Of a stretch of 61,627 nucleotides of DNA, positions 1-9,546 are shown in pieces. Source of the DNA: Deltaproteobacteria bacterium. GTDB taxonomy: Bacteria > Desulfobacterota_D > UBA1144 > Nemesobacterales > CSP1-2. Location: positions 1-61,627 of the forward strand of contig JBQTHB010000009.1 of assembly GCA_052390235.1 (NCBI GenBank). The letters run 5' to 3'. The position numbers and the translations under genes were made by a program. Positions within the stretch are counted from its first letter, which is position 1, and each line of letters starts with the position of its first letter. The notes below the pieces were generated by a model. That model worked only from the letters and a program-made list of their open reading frames with translations. It was not told the origin of the DNA and searched no databases.

Positions 1-127
1 CTCAACAAGGGCGTCATAGATATAATCGGCTTTGCCGGAGGCGAGGTCGGCTATGAAAAGGGGTTTCCCCCGGCTCCCTGCGATCTGTTTGGCGATTGCC
101 TCTTTTTGGATTTTCTTAATTGAGCGA
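1..127. repeat. Terminal direct repeat, left copy (identical to 61501-61627); circularisation overlap
   Basis: ctcaacaagggcgtcataga...ttttcttaattgagcga is identical at both ends; 127 is a common maximal assembler k-mer. Confidence 0.97.
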
Positions 128-390
128 AACGCCCGGCACGTTATCTGGTTCAAAAACGCCTGGTCTATCAGCCTGCCGATGATGAATCTGCCGCGGGGTT
201 TATTTTCATAGATGTAGTTCATCATCGCGCCAGAATCGAAACCGTGAGTGTAGCCGACGCGTATCCCCTCGGAGAGCATCCCGACGGTTCTGAGCATGAG
301 TGATAAAACCGCGTAATACCAGTATTTGGGCGAGCGCCGAGGGAGAGGGTCTCTCAACTCATCAAAGCTCGGTATCGGCTTACGAGGCAT
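1..390 (-). CDS. Class I SAM-dependent methyltransferase (Methyltransf_20/YnbC C-terminal-like), N-terminal part; continues across the join at 61500
   Basis: ATG at 390 overlaps the ferritin-like gene end; translates MPRKPIPSFDELRDP...GYTHGFDSGAMMNYIYENKP...LFIADLASGKADYIYDALVE in frame with 61500-60997 (297 aa total). Confidence 0.85.
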   Translation of the reverse strand, partial: MPRKPIPSFDELRDPLPRRSPKYWYYAVLSLMLRTVGMLSEGIRVGYTHGFDSGAMMNYIYENKPRGRFIIGRLIDQAFLNQITCRAFRSIKKIQKEAIAKQIAGSRGKPLFIADLASGKADYIYDALVE

Positions 391-946
391 ACCATTTAAT
401 CTCCTCGTCTTCCCGGTCCGCATATATGGCATCGGCGACGGATTTAATCTGCTCAGCGCGGCGAACTTTCTCAGGCGTATCAGCGTGGCGGCTGAAATAT
501 CCCTCCAAAAGCGCGAGGTGCCGGGCTACGTCCCGCTGTACCTCCTCGACTACGGCACGGCTCGCCAAATCCGCGGCGCAGTGGTAAATCGCAAGCAACT
601 CGGAGAAATGCGCGAGAGACCCCCAAGCGTATGCGAACTCGTCAAAAGTGTTGTCGTAGGATTCGAGGATGTCGTAAATCCTCTGCCCGATAGCCGGAGG
701 GGCATAAGTTTCAGGGGATTCTCCAAGCTCGCGCGCGCGGTCGGAAAAGAGCTTTGCGTGCTTAGCGTTGTCGGCGATAATTCGGGCGACGACGAGCTTC
801 ATCTCAAGCTCCGGCACGTATTTGAGCTTTGCGCCGAACAGATCCACCCAAGCGAGCATCCCGTAGCTGTGGCGGCTGAAGGCGCGGGCGATACGAGCGC
901 CTTGGGCGAGTGTGTCTCTTAATTTTTCTGGATTTCGTATGCTCAT
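380..946 (-). CDS. Ferritin-like (diiron four-helix bundle) domain protein
   Basis: Helical protein with DNAKH and DVARH (D/ExxH-like) pairs and a RARELG segment typical of the ferritin-like superfamily. Confidence 0.6.
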   Translation of the reverse strand: MSIRNPEKLRDTLAQGARIARAFSRHSYGMLAWVDLFGAKLKYVPELEMKLVVARIIADNAKHAKLFSDRARELGESPETYAPPAIGQRIYDILESYDNTFDEFAYAWGSLAHFSELLAIYHCAADLASRAVVEEVQRDVARHLALLEGYFSRHADTPEKVRRAEQIKSVADAIYADREDEEIKWYAS

Positions 947-1050
947 CAATTTCTACCTTTGAGGGAATTTCCCCTCAGCCAAACCCCGCAGGGTCATAAA
1001 AAGTCCATCTCCCCTTTCGATACAGCGCCGTTTCACAGCGGCGAGGGAGA

Positions 1051-1222
1051 AGAGGGTTCATCTCCCGACATCGGATAATTGCATCGCCGAGGGATGTGGT
1101 TGAACGCTCCATTTCCGCTGGCAGTGGGGTTGTCGGCTGCCGATTTTGATTTCGGCGCGCAAGGGGTTCTCCTGCCGCGCTCAAGGCTCTTTTGGGTTAG
1201 TGGCTCACCGCGATAACCCTCT
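1051..1222 (-). ncRNA. Candidate structured cis-regulatory leader RNA (family not assigned)
   Basis: Nested inverted repeats 1051-1058/1215-1222 and 1100-1107/1177-1184 plus inner hairpins, in the 5' intergenic region of the ferritin-like operon. Confidence 0.3.
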
Positions 1223-1274
1223 AACTAGACGCCCCCGCACTGAATAATACCATACTCAAATAACCCCCAATTCG

Positions 1275-1730
1275 TCAGCTCACCGCCTTGAGGATGCGAA
1301 TCAATTTCTCATCGCCGCCTGCCGGAATTTGCCAATCCAGATGAACGGCCGCTGCCCCCTGAGCCACAAGAGCGTCAGCAAATGTCTGAAGCCCTATATT
1401 TACGGCTTGAATCTCCTGATTGAGTATATCAGGGGCTTCTCTCACGCCCTGCGGCGAGCCAGCCGAAACCATCTCCTCCATCCGAGCCAGCGCCGCCGCA
1501 GCTATATCCACGCTGTCCGACTCCACGACGATGACTAAATCCGCCCCTTTTGCGTCCCATATCTCAGGGGTCATGAGGCCGGCATCCTGAACGGCAAATT
1601 TAGCCTTCTCAGTAGCCATCACGGCGACGGCGTTTTTGACCCCCTCTATCTCCCGCACGCTCTTTGAAATCCGCATCAGACGGAGCGCGTCCTGAAAGTA
1701 GTTCTGCTTAATTCTAAACCCTATCGGCAT
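1275..1730 (-). CDS. Small FdrA-related protein (FdrA N-terminal domain fused to a YahG/DUF1116 N-terminal-like segment)
   Basis: N-term IKQNYFQDALRLMRIS parallels RKNSYQDSMKLMQIS of the FdrA at 13156; C-term VNIGLQTFADALVAQGAAAVHLDWQIPAGGD; RBS GGAGG before ATG 1730. Confidence 0.75.
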   Translation of the reverse strand: MPIGFRIKQNYFQDALRLMRISKSVREIEGVKNAVAVMATEKAKFAVQDAGLMTPEIWDAKGADLVIVVESDSVDIAAAALARMEEMVSAGSPQGVREAPDILNQEIQAVNIGLQTFADALVAQGAAAVHLDWQIPAGGDEKLIRILKAVS

Positions 1731-1776
1731 CGGTCTCGACCTCCACAATTTTTCATTTCGTATCCTGAATCTCGCG

Positions 1777-2163
1777 TCATTTCACAATGTACTCTATCGG
1801 ACAGGGGGCGGTCATCGTGTTGCTGACAAAGCAATACCTCTTAGCCAATGGCAGAATCTCGTCCAACTCCGCCGCCGCAAGCGATGCGCAAATCTCGACC
1901 GAGAGCTTCGAGAACCGAAAATTCTTTAAATCCTTCTCTCCAGCGACGTTCACGCGCATATCCCTGACCTCAATTCTCTTCTTCCTCCCCGCAAAGACGA
2001 GCGCGAGACAGAAGCACGAGGCGAGGGACGAGAGAAAAAGCTCCGTGGGCATCATGCCCGTATCATCCCCGTGAAACTCCAGCGACTCATCAACCGGAAT
2101 CCTAAACTGCCTCGACGCTACCTCTACCTGAAAATTCCCCTTCCACACCGCCTCAACGTTCAT
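1777..2163 (-). CDS. OsmC/Ohr family protein
   Basis: VDES...GDDTGMMPTELFLSSLASC and C-terminal YCFVSNT two-Cys motifs. Confidence 0.9.
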   Translation of the reverse strand: MNVEAVWKGNFQVEVASRQFRIPVDESLEFHGDDTGMMPTELFLSSLASCFCLALVFAGRKKRIEVRDMRVNVAGEKDLKNFRFSKLSVEICASLAAAELDEILPLAKRYCFVSNTMTAPCPIEYIVK

Positions 2164-2229
2164 GAAGACCCCTCCGAAATCCGTAAATCCCCGCTTTATA
2201 TCATATTATAAATCATCTTAAAAGGGGCT

Positions 2230-2375
2230 TGTCATGCTGAAGCGCCTTCAGTCGTTTCACGCCTTCGCCCCGAGTCATTTCGAGTCCCATTCCTGTCATT
2301 TCGAGCGATAGCGAGAAATCTCGATTAGATTCCTCCGTGCGTTTGCAGTGACACTCTCGGCATGGCTTCTAACGA
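2230..2375. repeat. Degenerate REP-like palindromic elements (TGTCATT..GAGC..AGCGAGAAATCT type)
   Basis: tgtcatttcgagcgatagcgagaaatct; resembles the elements at 35219-35580. Confidence 0.45.
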
Positions 2376-2381
2376 CGCACA

Positions 2382-3536
2382 CTAAAAGCCTAGCCCCCTG
2401 TAAAATGCCTCGTGCGCAAGAGCCGTCTTACGCCACGAATAATGCTCCGCCGTAACCCTAGCGTTTCCAATGAGCTTTTGTCCAAGACCTCCGTTGGCGA
2501 GGATAGTTAAAATCCCCGCCGAGAGCGCCTGCGAATCCGTTGGCGAGACGAGCAGGGCGTTTTCTCCATCGGTCAGGTAGTCGGTAAGCGGCTCGATTTT
2601 CGATGCAATCACGGGAATCCCCGCCGCCATAGCCTCAAGCGCGACGAGCCCCCACCCCTCTTTTATGGATGGGAAAATGAACACGTCAGCCGCCGCATAG
2701 AGCGCGGGCATATCCCTGTCAGGCACGTTGCCGAGGATGATAATATCCTCGCCGAAATTGAGATGAAGCCCCTTTGCCTTGGAGAAAAACCAATCCCGAT
2801 ACTCCCTGTAGTCAAAGAGCGTCTCCCCGCCGCCGATGAGCCAGATAGCTCTCTCGCCCCCCGCCTTCACGCGGGAGGCGGCGGCGTGGAATGCCCGCAG
2901 AGCCATGATACTGTTTTTGCGAGGCTCAATGCCGCCAACGCTGAGAATTATTTTTTCATTCGAGAGATTAAACCTCCGCCTCGCCTCCGCTTTTGATGCG
3001 CCGCCGGAGAATCTGTCGACATCTACGCCGTTGTGAATCAGAGCCGCATCGAGCGAGTACGCCGAGCGCAGTTCCCTCTGCCAGAGCCTGCTCACAGCAA
3101 TAAGGCTATCCGGCTTTAAGACGCTCTTTAGCTGGCATTCGACGAGCGCGGGTGAGGTAAAATCGTCTAGGTGGTGAACCGTGCGGACGAAAGATTTGAT
3201 GATGCCCCTGTCTCGGAGGGCGAGTAGAGCGTTTGCGCTGATGCAGTCCTCGGCGTGATAAATGTCGAAATCTAAGGCTTGGGCAGATAGATAATCCGAG
3301 TAGATTTGGATATAGCGCATAATTTTGGCATCCATCGGCTCGCCGGGAACGGTGTCGCAGGGAATGAGCGTAGAGGGAGCGGCAACGGGTCTAAAAAAGC
3401 CCACCTCTGTTCCAAGGGCATAAACCTCAACTAGGTGTCCAAGCGAGGAGAGTTGCTCGGCTAGGTTTAGCGTGTGAACCACGCCTCCTCTCGGCTTAGT
3501 GGAGTAGGTGAGAAGGGCAATTTTAAGCGATTTCAT
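2382..3536 (-). CDS. MSMEG_0565 family glycosyltransferase (GT4)
   Basis: N-term KIALLTYSTKPRGGVVHTL, RTVHHLDDF, GGIEPRKN and FPSIKEGWGLVALEAMAAG motifs; cluster context. Confidence 0.92.
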   Translation of the reverse strand: MKSLKIALLTYSTKPRGGVVHTLNLAEQLSSLGHLVEVYALGTEVGFFRPVAAPSTLIPCDTVPGEPMDAKIMRYIQIYSDYLSAQALDFDIYHAEDCISANALLALRDRGIIKSFVRTVHHLDDFTSPALVECQLKSVLKPDSLIAVSRLWQRELRSAYSLDAALIHNGVDVDRFSGGASKAEARRRFNLSNEKIILSVGGIEPRKNSIMALRAFHAAASRVKAGGERAIWLIGGGETLFDYREYRDWFFSKAKGLHLNFGEDIIILGNVPDRDMPALYAAADVFIFPSIKEGWGLVALEAMAAGIPVIASKIEPLTDYLTDGENALLVSPTDSQALSAGILTILANGGLGQKLIGNARVTAEHYSWRKTALAHEAFYRGLGF

Positions 3537-4509
3537 TGAACTCCTGCTGGAGCTGCGCAAATTCGAGCTTTGCGAGCATAAACCGAATGCCGTAATAAAT
3601 CCCGACTGCGGTATCGGCTCCCGACGTCTCTCCCATCTGCATCACGACTTTAGCAATAGCGGCAACCCGACTTGCATCCGCCGTAAGCAGGGCGTAGGCA
3701 AGCTCGGATACGGCTTTTGGAGCTTCGCCGGCTCGATAGAGATCCAGCAGATTGAGGCTATATATCGTTGTTTTCCCCCTTGCGCGGCGGCACGTCTCTA
3801 ATGCAAATCGGCTGTATAGCTCGGCTTCGCTCCTGCGACGCAGAACCTTTGCTCCGAGATTCAGAGTGAAAATTAGCCCGCAGAGAAAATCGTCGCAGGA
3901 GGGCGTAAGCCCGGCCCCAAGCCCAAGGATTGACGATGCCATATCTGCGGCGGCGGGAGCGTCGCCCCTATAGAGCGCCCACATCAGGGTTTCGATATTG
4001 GGCCTCGCTCTCTCGGATATTGACGATGAATTTGGGGGATTTAGAAAAAACTGCATTGGGCCGTAGAGTTCCACATTTAGCAATAGCGGCGCTAAACCCT
4101 CCCCTCCTCCCTTTGTATAAATTACGTCCCTCAGAACCCTGAGATTTAAGCCCATACTCAGCGCACCTGCCAAATCCCCCAGTTTGGGCGCCCTCAGCCG
4201 AGACCACACGCGCGCGGCATCGAAGCGGATTGCGATATTTCCAGCTTCCGGGAAAACAATTTCAGCGCTGGCAATGCGAGCCGTCATTCCCTCCCGAATC
4301 CCGATGGATTTAAATACTCCCTGCTCGAAATTGCTTATGTGAGCGCACGACGAGTGTATATAATCCTCACCGCCGCCGATGCCAATGAGAAAATCCCCTT
4401 GAAACCGCAGATACAGCGCGCGCGCGAAAACCCCCTCGACCACAGCCGATTTTCGGGAGCTGAGGGCGCGCAGAGCCTTATTACCGATGGATTCAATCTC
4501 GAGTCTCAA
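3523..4509 (-). CDS. DUF2877 protein (YlbF/AllH-like, oxamate carbamoyltransferase subunit family)
   Basis: GLGAGLTPSCDDFLCG and GETSGADTAVG signature motifs. Confidence 0.85.
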   Translation of the reverse strand: MRLEIESIGNKALRALSSRKSAVVEGVFARALYLRFQGDFLIGIGGGEDYIHSSCAHISNFEQGVFKSIGIREGMTARIASAEIVFPEAGNIAIRFDAARVWSRLRAPKLGDLAGALSMGLNLRVLRDVIYTKGGGEGLAPLLLNVELYGPMQFFLNPPNSSSISERARPNIETLMWALYRGDAPAAADMASSILGLGAGLTPSCDDFLCGLIFTLNLGAKVLRRRSEAELYSRFALETCRRARGKTTIYSLNLLDLYRAGEAPKAVSELAYALLTADASRVAAIAKVVMQMGETSGADTAVGIYYGIRFMLAKLEFAQLQQEFNEIA

Positions 4510-4768
4510 TTCTCTTCCAGTGCGGGCGCTCCCCCCCGTAAGAGGAGCGAAGTATCATACGTTTGCGCAAATTCCACGGTATCGCCAAATATAGGGGGAC
4601 GAAAATCCCGCGCCAGAGCATGGGGAAAATCCCCCCCCTGCGGTAGGGTTTCGAGCAAAATTCTGGATAGCGCGCCGCCATATCATCCGCAGCCGCCTCA
4701 AGCAGGTACTTCTCGGCGTTTCCCCTGAGCCACTCGCCAAAGGATTTTTTCTGAGCCACTTCGGACAC
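4493..4768 (-). CDS. Small hypothetical protein (91 aa)
   Basis: Strong RBS (GAGGAGG) before GTG; tightly packed between the MFS gene and DUF2877. Confidence 0.65.
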   Translation of the reverse strand: MSEVAQKKSFGEWLRGNAEKYLLEAAADDMAARYPEFCSKPYRRGGIFPMLWRGIFVPLYLAIPWNLRKRMILRSSYGGERPHWKRIETRD

Positions 4769-4775
4769 CTCCTCC

Positions 4776-6251
4776 TCATTTTTTTACCTCATCCCAAATT
4801 AATACGCCCCTAGTTTCTCTCAGCAGCAGCGAGCCAACAATGAAAGTTACCGAGGCCACAGCCATCGGATAATATAGCCCGGCGTAAATATTGCCCGTCT
4901 CGGCGACGACCCAAAGCCCTATAACCGGCAGAAGCCCTCCAAAGACGCCGTTTCCTATGTGATACGGGAGCGACAGAGCGGTGTATCGGATTTTCGCCGG
5001 AAACGCCTCGACTAAATACGCCGCTATGGGCCCATAGACCATAGTTACGAAAATGACCTGCGCGAATACGAGCAGAATCAGCTTGAGCGCGGCTGGGTCA
5101 GTAATTAAATTTCCAAAACCTGAGTAGGGCAGAGCCTCCGCCGCCGGCATCATCGCCCCGTCCACTACGGTCTGAGGCGTAATTGTTATCGCCCCAGTAA
5201 CGGGGTTTTTCTGCGAAATTACGGCTACTACGTTTGAGCCCGCCGCCCGTTGCATCGCTTCGTAAATCGGTATGTAAGAGACAACGGCGAGCAGGCATCC
5301 GAGCATGATAATTCTCTTGCGTCCGATTCTATCCGACAGCGCGCCGAAGAGAACAAAAAAGGGCATCGCCAAGAGCAGAGCCGAGGCGACGATATAATTG
5401 GCAGATGTGGCGCTCACCTTGAGTATGGTCTGGAGGTAGAAGAGGGCGTAGAACTGACCTGTGTACCAGACAACCCCCTGCCCCGCCGTCGCGCCGAAGA
5501 GCGAGATGAGAACGCGCTTTAAATTATCCCACTGCCCAAACGCCTCAGTGAGGGGCTTGCTCGAGGTCATCCCCGCGCTTTTGATATGCTGAAATATAGG
5601 GGACTCTTTCATCCGCAGCCGAATGTAGAGCGATACTACGACGAGAAACACCGAGATCAGAAAGGGAATCCTCCAGCCCCACTCGGCAAACGCCTCTTTC
5701 GTCATGGCGCTCTGCACGGCGAGTATCACGGCAAGGGATAGGAAAAGCCCAAGGGTCGCGGTGATTTGGATGAAGCTCGTGTAAAACCCGCGCCTCGCAT
5801 CCGGCACGTGTTCCGCCACATAGACCGCCGCGCCGCCGTATTCGCCTCCAAGGGCAAGCCCCTGCAGTACTCGGAGGAGGAGCAAAATTAACGGCGCGCC
5901 TATTCCTATTGTCTCATAAGTCGGGAGAACGCCGATGAGAGCCGTAGCCCCGCCCATGATGAGGAGGGTTACGAGGAACGCGTATTTTCTGCCGACGACA
6001 TCGCCTATTCGTCCAAAAAAGAGCGCGCCAAAGGGTCTCACAACGAACCCCACGGCAAATGTTGAGAGGTAGGCGATGAGGGCTAGGGTGTCGTTGCCCT
6101 TCGGGTAGAAGAGCGGCGCGATGACCGTGGCGAGACTGCCGAAGATGTAGAAATCGTACCACTCAATCATTGTGCCTACGGCTGAAGCGGCGATGACCTG
6201 AGGGATTTTGTAGCCGTGAGCGGTTTCGGGGGCGGCGGAGCTTTGAGTCAT
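4776..6251 (-). CDS. MFS transporter, metabolite:H+ symporter (MHS) family
   Basis: GTMIEWYDF, RPFGALFFGRIGDVVGRK, RVLQGLALGGEYGGA and WGWRIPFL motifs. Confidence 0.95.
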   Translation of the reverse strand: MTQSSAAPETAHGYKIPQVIAASAVGTMIEWYDFYIFGSLATVIAPLFYPKGNDTLALIAYLSTFAVGFVVRPFGALFFGRIGDVVGRKYAFLVTLLIMGGATALIGVLPTYETIGIGAPLILLLLRVLQGLALGGEYGGAAVYVAEHVPDARRGFYTSFIQITATLGLFLSLAVILAVQSAMTKEAFAEWGWRIPFLISVFLVVVSLYIRLRMKESPIFQHIKSAGMTSSKPLTEAFGQWDNLKRVLISLFGATAGQGVVWYTGQFYALFYLQTILKVSATSANYIVASALLLAMPFFVLFGALSDRIGRKRIIMLGCLLAVVSYIPIYEAMQRAAGSNVVAVISQKNPVTGAITITPQTVVDGAMMPAAEALPYSGFGNLITDPAALKLILLVFAQVIFVTMVYGPIAAYLVEAFPAKIRYTALSLPYHIGNGVFGGLLPVIGLWVVAETGNIYAGLYYPMAVASVTFIVGSLLLRETRGVLIWDEVKK

Positions 6252-6268
6252 TATCTAGTTTATTCGCC

Positions 6269-7612
6269 TCACCGTTTTCTATTGAGTTCCGCCAGCCCCG
6301 CCTGCGCCGCCAGCGCTATCGGCTCCATCAGCGCGCCTATCGGAGGGGAATAGACGTTCTCCATAAAGGCAAAGTCCTGGAGCGTCGCCCCGCGCTTTAC
6401 TGCAAAGGCTAAGAAATCAGCCCGCTCCTTAATTCCCTCCCCGCCGGACATCTGCGCCCCCATCACCCGAAGCGTCTTCGGGTCGGCAATTAATTTCACG
6501 AGAAGACGGCTCACCCCGGGATAATACCTCGCCCTAGAAATCCCGAATGATTTCGCCACAATGTGCGGTATCCCCAGAGCCTTATGGAGGGTCTCGCCAA
6601 GCGACACCCCTCCGATATGCACCTTCCCCGCGACCATCCCCCAGGGGACATACACGGGGTCGTAGGCGCGCTCGCTTCCGGCGGCGTTAGAGCCTGCAAC
6701 CCTGCCCTGCGAGTAGGCGTGGCTGCCGGAAAGCCCCTGAATAGGCAGGTCTGTAACCCCGTGGACAACCTCGATGCAGTCGCCTGCTGCGTAAACGTCT
6801 CTTTCGGACGTTCTCATCCGGTCGTCAACTAGTAGCCCGCCCGTCGCGCCGACCTTAATGCCGGCTTCCTGCGAAAGCTGGTTATTCGGTTTTTTATTCG
6901 TGGCTACGACGACGATTTCACATGGGATATCTCCTGACGTAGTAGCGACGGATGCGACCTTGCCCCCGGCGCCCTTTATCTCGAGAATCGCCGCGCCGAA
7001 ATGGATCTTCGCTCCCAGCTCTTCGAGGGATTTTTGCGCCGGATCCATAATGTCCGGGTCCGCGATCTTCGACATGAGCCACGCCCCCTCTTCGACCAGA
7101 TGCGTCTCAAGCCCCCTGTGGGCGAGGTTGCCCGCCATCTCAATTCCAATGGGGGTTGCGCCTACGACAACGACGCGTTTTACTGCGTCGAGGATTTTAT
7201 CAAACTCCATGGCGCGGCGTATGTTCTTAATATAATGAACGCCCTCCAGTTCTACTCCGGGGAAGTCCGGCTTTTCATACTCAAACCCCGTGGCGATGAT
7301 GAGCCTGTCCCAAGGGAAAGACTCAGATGCTACGCTCACAGCGCGCCTCTGAAGGTCAATTCCCGTAACCGTGGTCTGGAGCTTTAGGTCAATTCCGATT
7401 TGGGCGTAATGCTCGGAGGTCTGCAGAAACAGGTTTTTAAAGTCTGGAATCTCCCTCCCCAGAACAAAGGGGATGCCGCAGGGACTGTAAGCCACGTCCT
7501 CAAATTCGGTAAATAGGGTTACGGAGGCGTTGGGATTGACCGCTTTCGACGTTGACGCGGCGGAAATCCCGCCCGCTCCCCCTCCAATGATGATAATGCG
7601 CATATTCGACAT
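6269..7612 (-). CDS. FAD-dependent pyridine nucleotide-disulfide oxidoreductase (CoA-disulfide reductase/NADH oxidase family)
   Basis: GGGAGG FAD motif, single-Cys AYSPCGIP, VYAAGD, C-terminal YSPP. Confidence 0.9.
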   Translation of the reverse strand: MSNMRIIIIGGGAGGISAASTSKAVNPNASVTLFTEFEDVAYSPCGIPFVLGREIPDFKNLFLQTSEHYAQIGIDLKLQTTVTGIDLQRRAVSVASESFPWDRLIIATGFEYEKPDFPGVELEGVHYIKNIRRAMEFDKILDAVKRVVVVGATPIGIEMAGNLAHRGLETHLVEEGAWLMSKIADPDIMDPAQKSLEELGAKIHFGAAILEIKGAGGKVASVATTSGDIPCEIVVVATNKKPNNQLSQEAGIKVGATGGLLVDDRMRTSERDVYAAGDCIEVVHGVTDLPIQGLSGSHAYSQGRVAGSNAAGSERAYDPVYVPWGMVAGKVHIGGVSLGETLHKALGIPHIVAKSFGISRARYYPGVSRLLVKLIADPKTLRVMGAQMSGGEGIKERADFLAFAVKRGATLQDFAFMENVYSPPIGALMEPIALAAQAGLAELNRKR

Positions 7613-7766
7613 TTTTCTCACCTCTCTAAGTTCTTCAGCCCTTGAGCATCTCGATATTTATACATGCCGCCGATGAATCGCTGGTTTGCGCCTGCTCTAT
7701 GCCGCTTTCCAGCCGGCGACTCCTCAGAGGGATGGAATAATTGCAATGAATTTCATTTTGCTCTTT

Positions 7767-8897
7767 CTAGCCGCGCGCGCCGAGGTTGAATTTTGCGAAT
7801 TTAACACTCCCCGCCGCACTGAGCGCCCTCTCGAAATCCGGCAGAGCCGAACACTCGCCGCAGCTCACGCACCCAGCCTTGCTCCCCCGCGCCTCCCCCT
7901 GATATTTGGACAATATCCGCGCCGCCTGAGTGTAGATGAAATTCATAAGCTCCGGCTTTGGGGGCGCCATCCCCTCCATGGGAGTACCTGCAACAGGGCG
8001 GAACGGCACAATAAACGGATACACGCCAATCTCGCCGCAGAGCGCGACCCCATCGAATATAGTTTCAACCCTCTCGCCCATGCCCACTAACACATAGGTG
8101 CTGACCTGCCATCTGCCAAAAACCCTCGCCGCTTCCCTCCAGGTCTGAGTATATCGCTCAATGCCGATTTTCGCCTTGCCGGGGGTTATCCGCTCGAACA
8201 CCTGCGGGTCAAATGTCTCAATGTGGACTCCCAGCGAGTCAACCCCTGAGTCCTTGAGCCTCCCAAGCCAGGCTAAATCCTCCGGGGGAACTATCTGAAG
8301 CTGAATGGGAAGCCCCGTGGCGCGTTTCACCTCGGAGCAGATTTCGGCGTATTTGGCAAGGGCTTTTTCCTCGTCCCTCGCGACACCGGAGGTAAAGACG
8401 ACGTTTGTTATGCCATCTAGCTCTCTGGCAAGGAGGATTGTTTCGACGAGGCTCTTTGCGTTTTTAAAGCCCACGGTGCTTCTATCCTTTAGGGTAAGCT
8501 CAATGCCGCAGAATTTGCATCGCCTCTCGTCTTCCCAAAAATCGCAGGTCTGAAGGAGGGTAGTTGCAAAGGTGGTCGGGCAGTGGAGGAGTCCCATTTT
8601 TTGCATCGAGACGCCGTTTGAGGTTCTGCCTTCGTAGAATTTAGCCGCCCCCATAAGCTCCACCTGGGCAACGGCGACGCCGTCTCTAAACACCCAATGC
8701 TCGTCGTTTATGGTGTCGAGATAATAAGGCGATGCCTCTAGGAAATCTCCCACAACGGGAATATTGGCTTCGGCATCGGGCAGAATTTTCAGATGTATCC
8801 CCCCCGTGGGACCCGCCCCGCCGCGCCTAATGTCCCTCGTGTCGGGAATCCTCAGTCCCAAGCTCTGCAACTCCACCTTCAGGGTCTTCGAGTCCAT
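7767..8897 (-). CDS. MSMEG_0568 family radical SAM protein
   Basis: LKVELQSLG, RRGGAGP, CDFWEDERRCKFC (CX8CX2C), C-terminal KAGCVSCGECS; RBS GGAGG before ATG 8897. Confidence 0.92.
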   Translation of the reverse strand: MDSKTLKVELQSLGLRIPDTRDIRRGGAGPTGGIHLKILPDAEANIPVVGDFLEASPYYLDTINDEHWVFRDGVAVAQVELMGAAKFYEGRTSNGVSMQKMGLLHCPTTFATTLLQTCDFWEDERRCKFCGIELTLKDRSTVGFKNAKSLVETILLARELDGITNVVFTSGVARDEEKALAKYAEICSEVKRATGLPIQLQIVPPEDLAWLGRLKDSGVDSLGVHIETFDPQVFERITPGKAKIGIERYTQTWREAARVFGRWQVSTYVLVGMGERVETIFDGVALCGEIGVYPFIVPFRPVAGTPMEGMAPPKPELMNFIYTQAARILSKYQGEARGSKAGCVSCGECSALPDFERALSAAGSVKFAKFNLGARG

Positions 8898-9004
8898 TAC
8901 ACCCTCCAATGTCGAGAATTTGACAAGCCGCGAACAGCTCGAATTCACCGAAATCCTCTCCATTCGCGGCTATATCGTATTTTATCCAAAAGCACCCGCC
9001 GGAG

Positions 9005-9496
9005 CTACACAGTCCACGCGCTTGATATTAGCGCTCCCGCCCTCTGATGCTCAATTGTGATGTCGAGAATATCGGTAGGATGAAGCGGTATCACGCCCTC
9101 GAGCATATCCTCTTCCCTCACGCCGAGGAGACACGCCGCCGAGAAACGGCAGGCATAGACCTTAATGCCCTCGCTGAGCATTTTCCCAACCAGCGTAGGG
9201 TAGAGCTGAATCCCCGCGCCGTACTGGTCGTCGCCCACATTGGGCCATCCCCTATAGACGGGAATCGCCGAAGCTGGCCCATAGAATACGACGCTCACAT
9301 CATAGCCCTTTCTCTTTGCTCTAATAGCCGTGAGCATATTGATTCCCGCCACAGAGCCTTCATACGGTACTGTGTGGAGGAGGAAAAGCGCCCTCTCGCC
9401 CGGATTGGCTTTATAGTCAGGAAATACTTTTTCCTCGTAATTCACAATAGCTTTGCCCTTAGTGGGCCTCTCGCCCTGCACTCTATTTACCGCCAT
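9005..9496 (-). CDS. MSMEG_0572/Sll0783 family DsrE-like nitrogen starvation response protein
   Basis: YEEKVFPDYKA, HTVPYEGS, VYACRFS and C-terminal WTV. Confidence 0.9.
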   Translation of the reverse strand: MAVNRVQGERPTKGKAIVNYEEKVFPDYKANPGERALFLLHTVPYEGSVAGINMLTAIRAKRKGYDVSVVFYGPASAIPVYRGWPNVGDDQYGAGIQLYPTLVGKMLSEGIKVYACRFSAACLLGVREEDMLEGVIPLHPTDILDITIEHQRAGALISSAWTV

Positions 9497-9546
9497 TTGC
9501 GTACTACCTCCTTAGGGTTTATTTACTATGATTTTTTTAATTGTTT

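Noticed and set aside
1051..1222. Naming the leader a lysine or SAM-I riboswitch, or 6S RNA
   Set aside because: Only partial motif matches; the P2 loop-E/kink-turn elements and the 6S rod layout are not evident.
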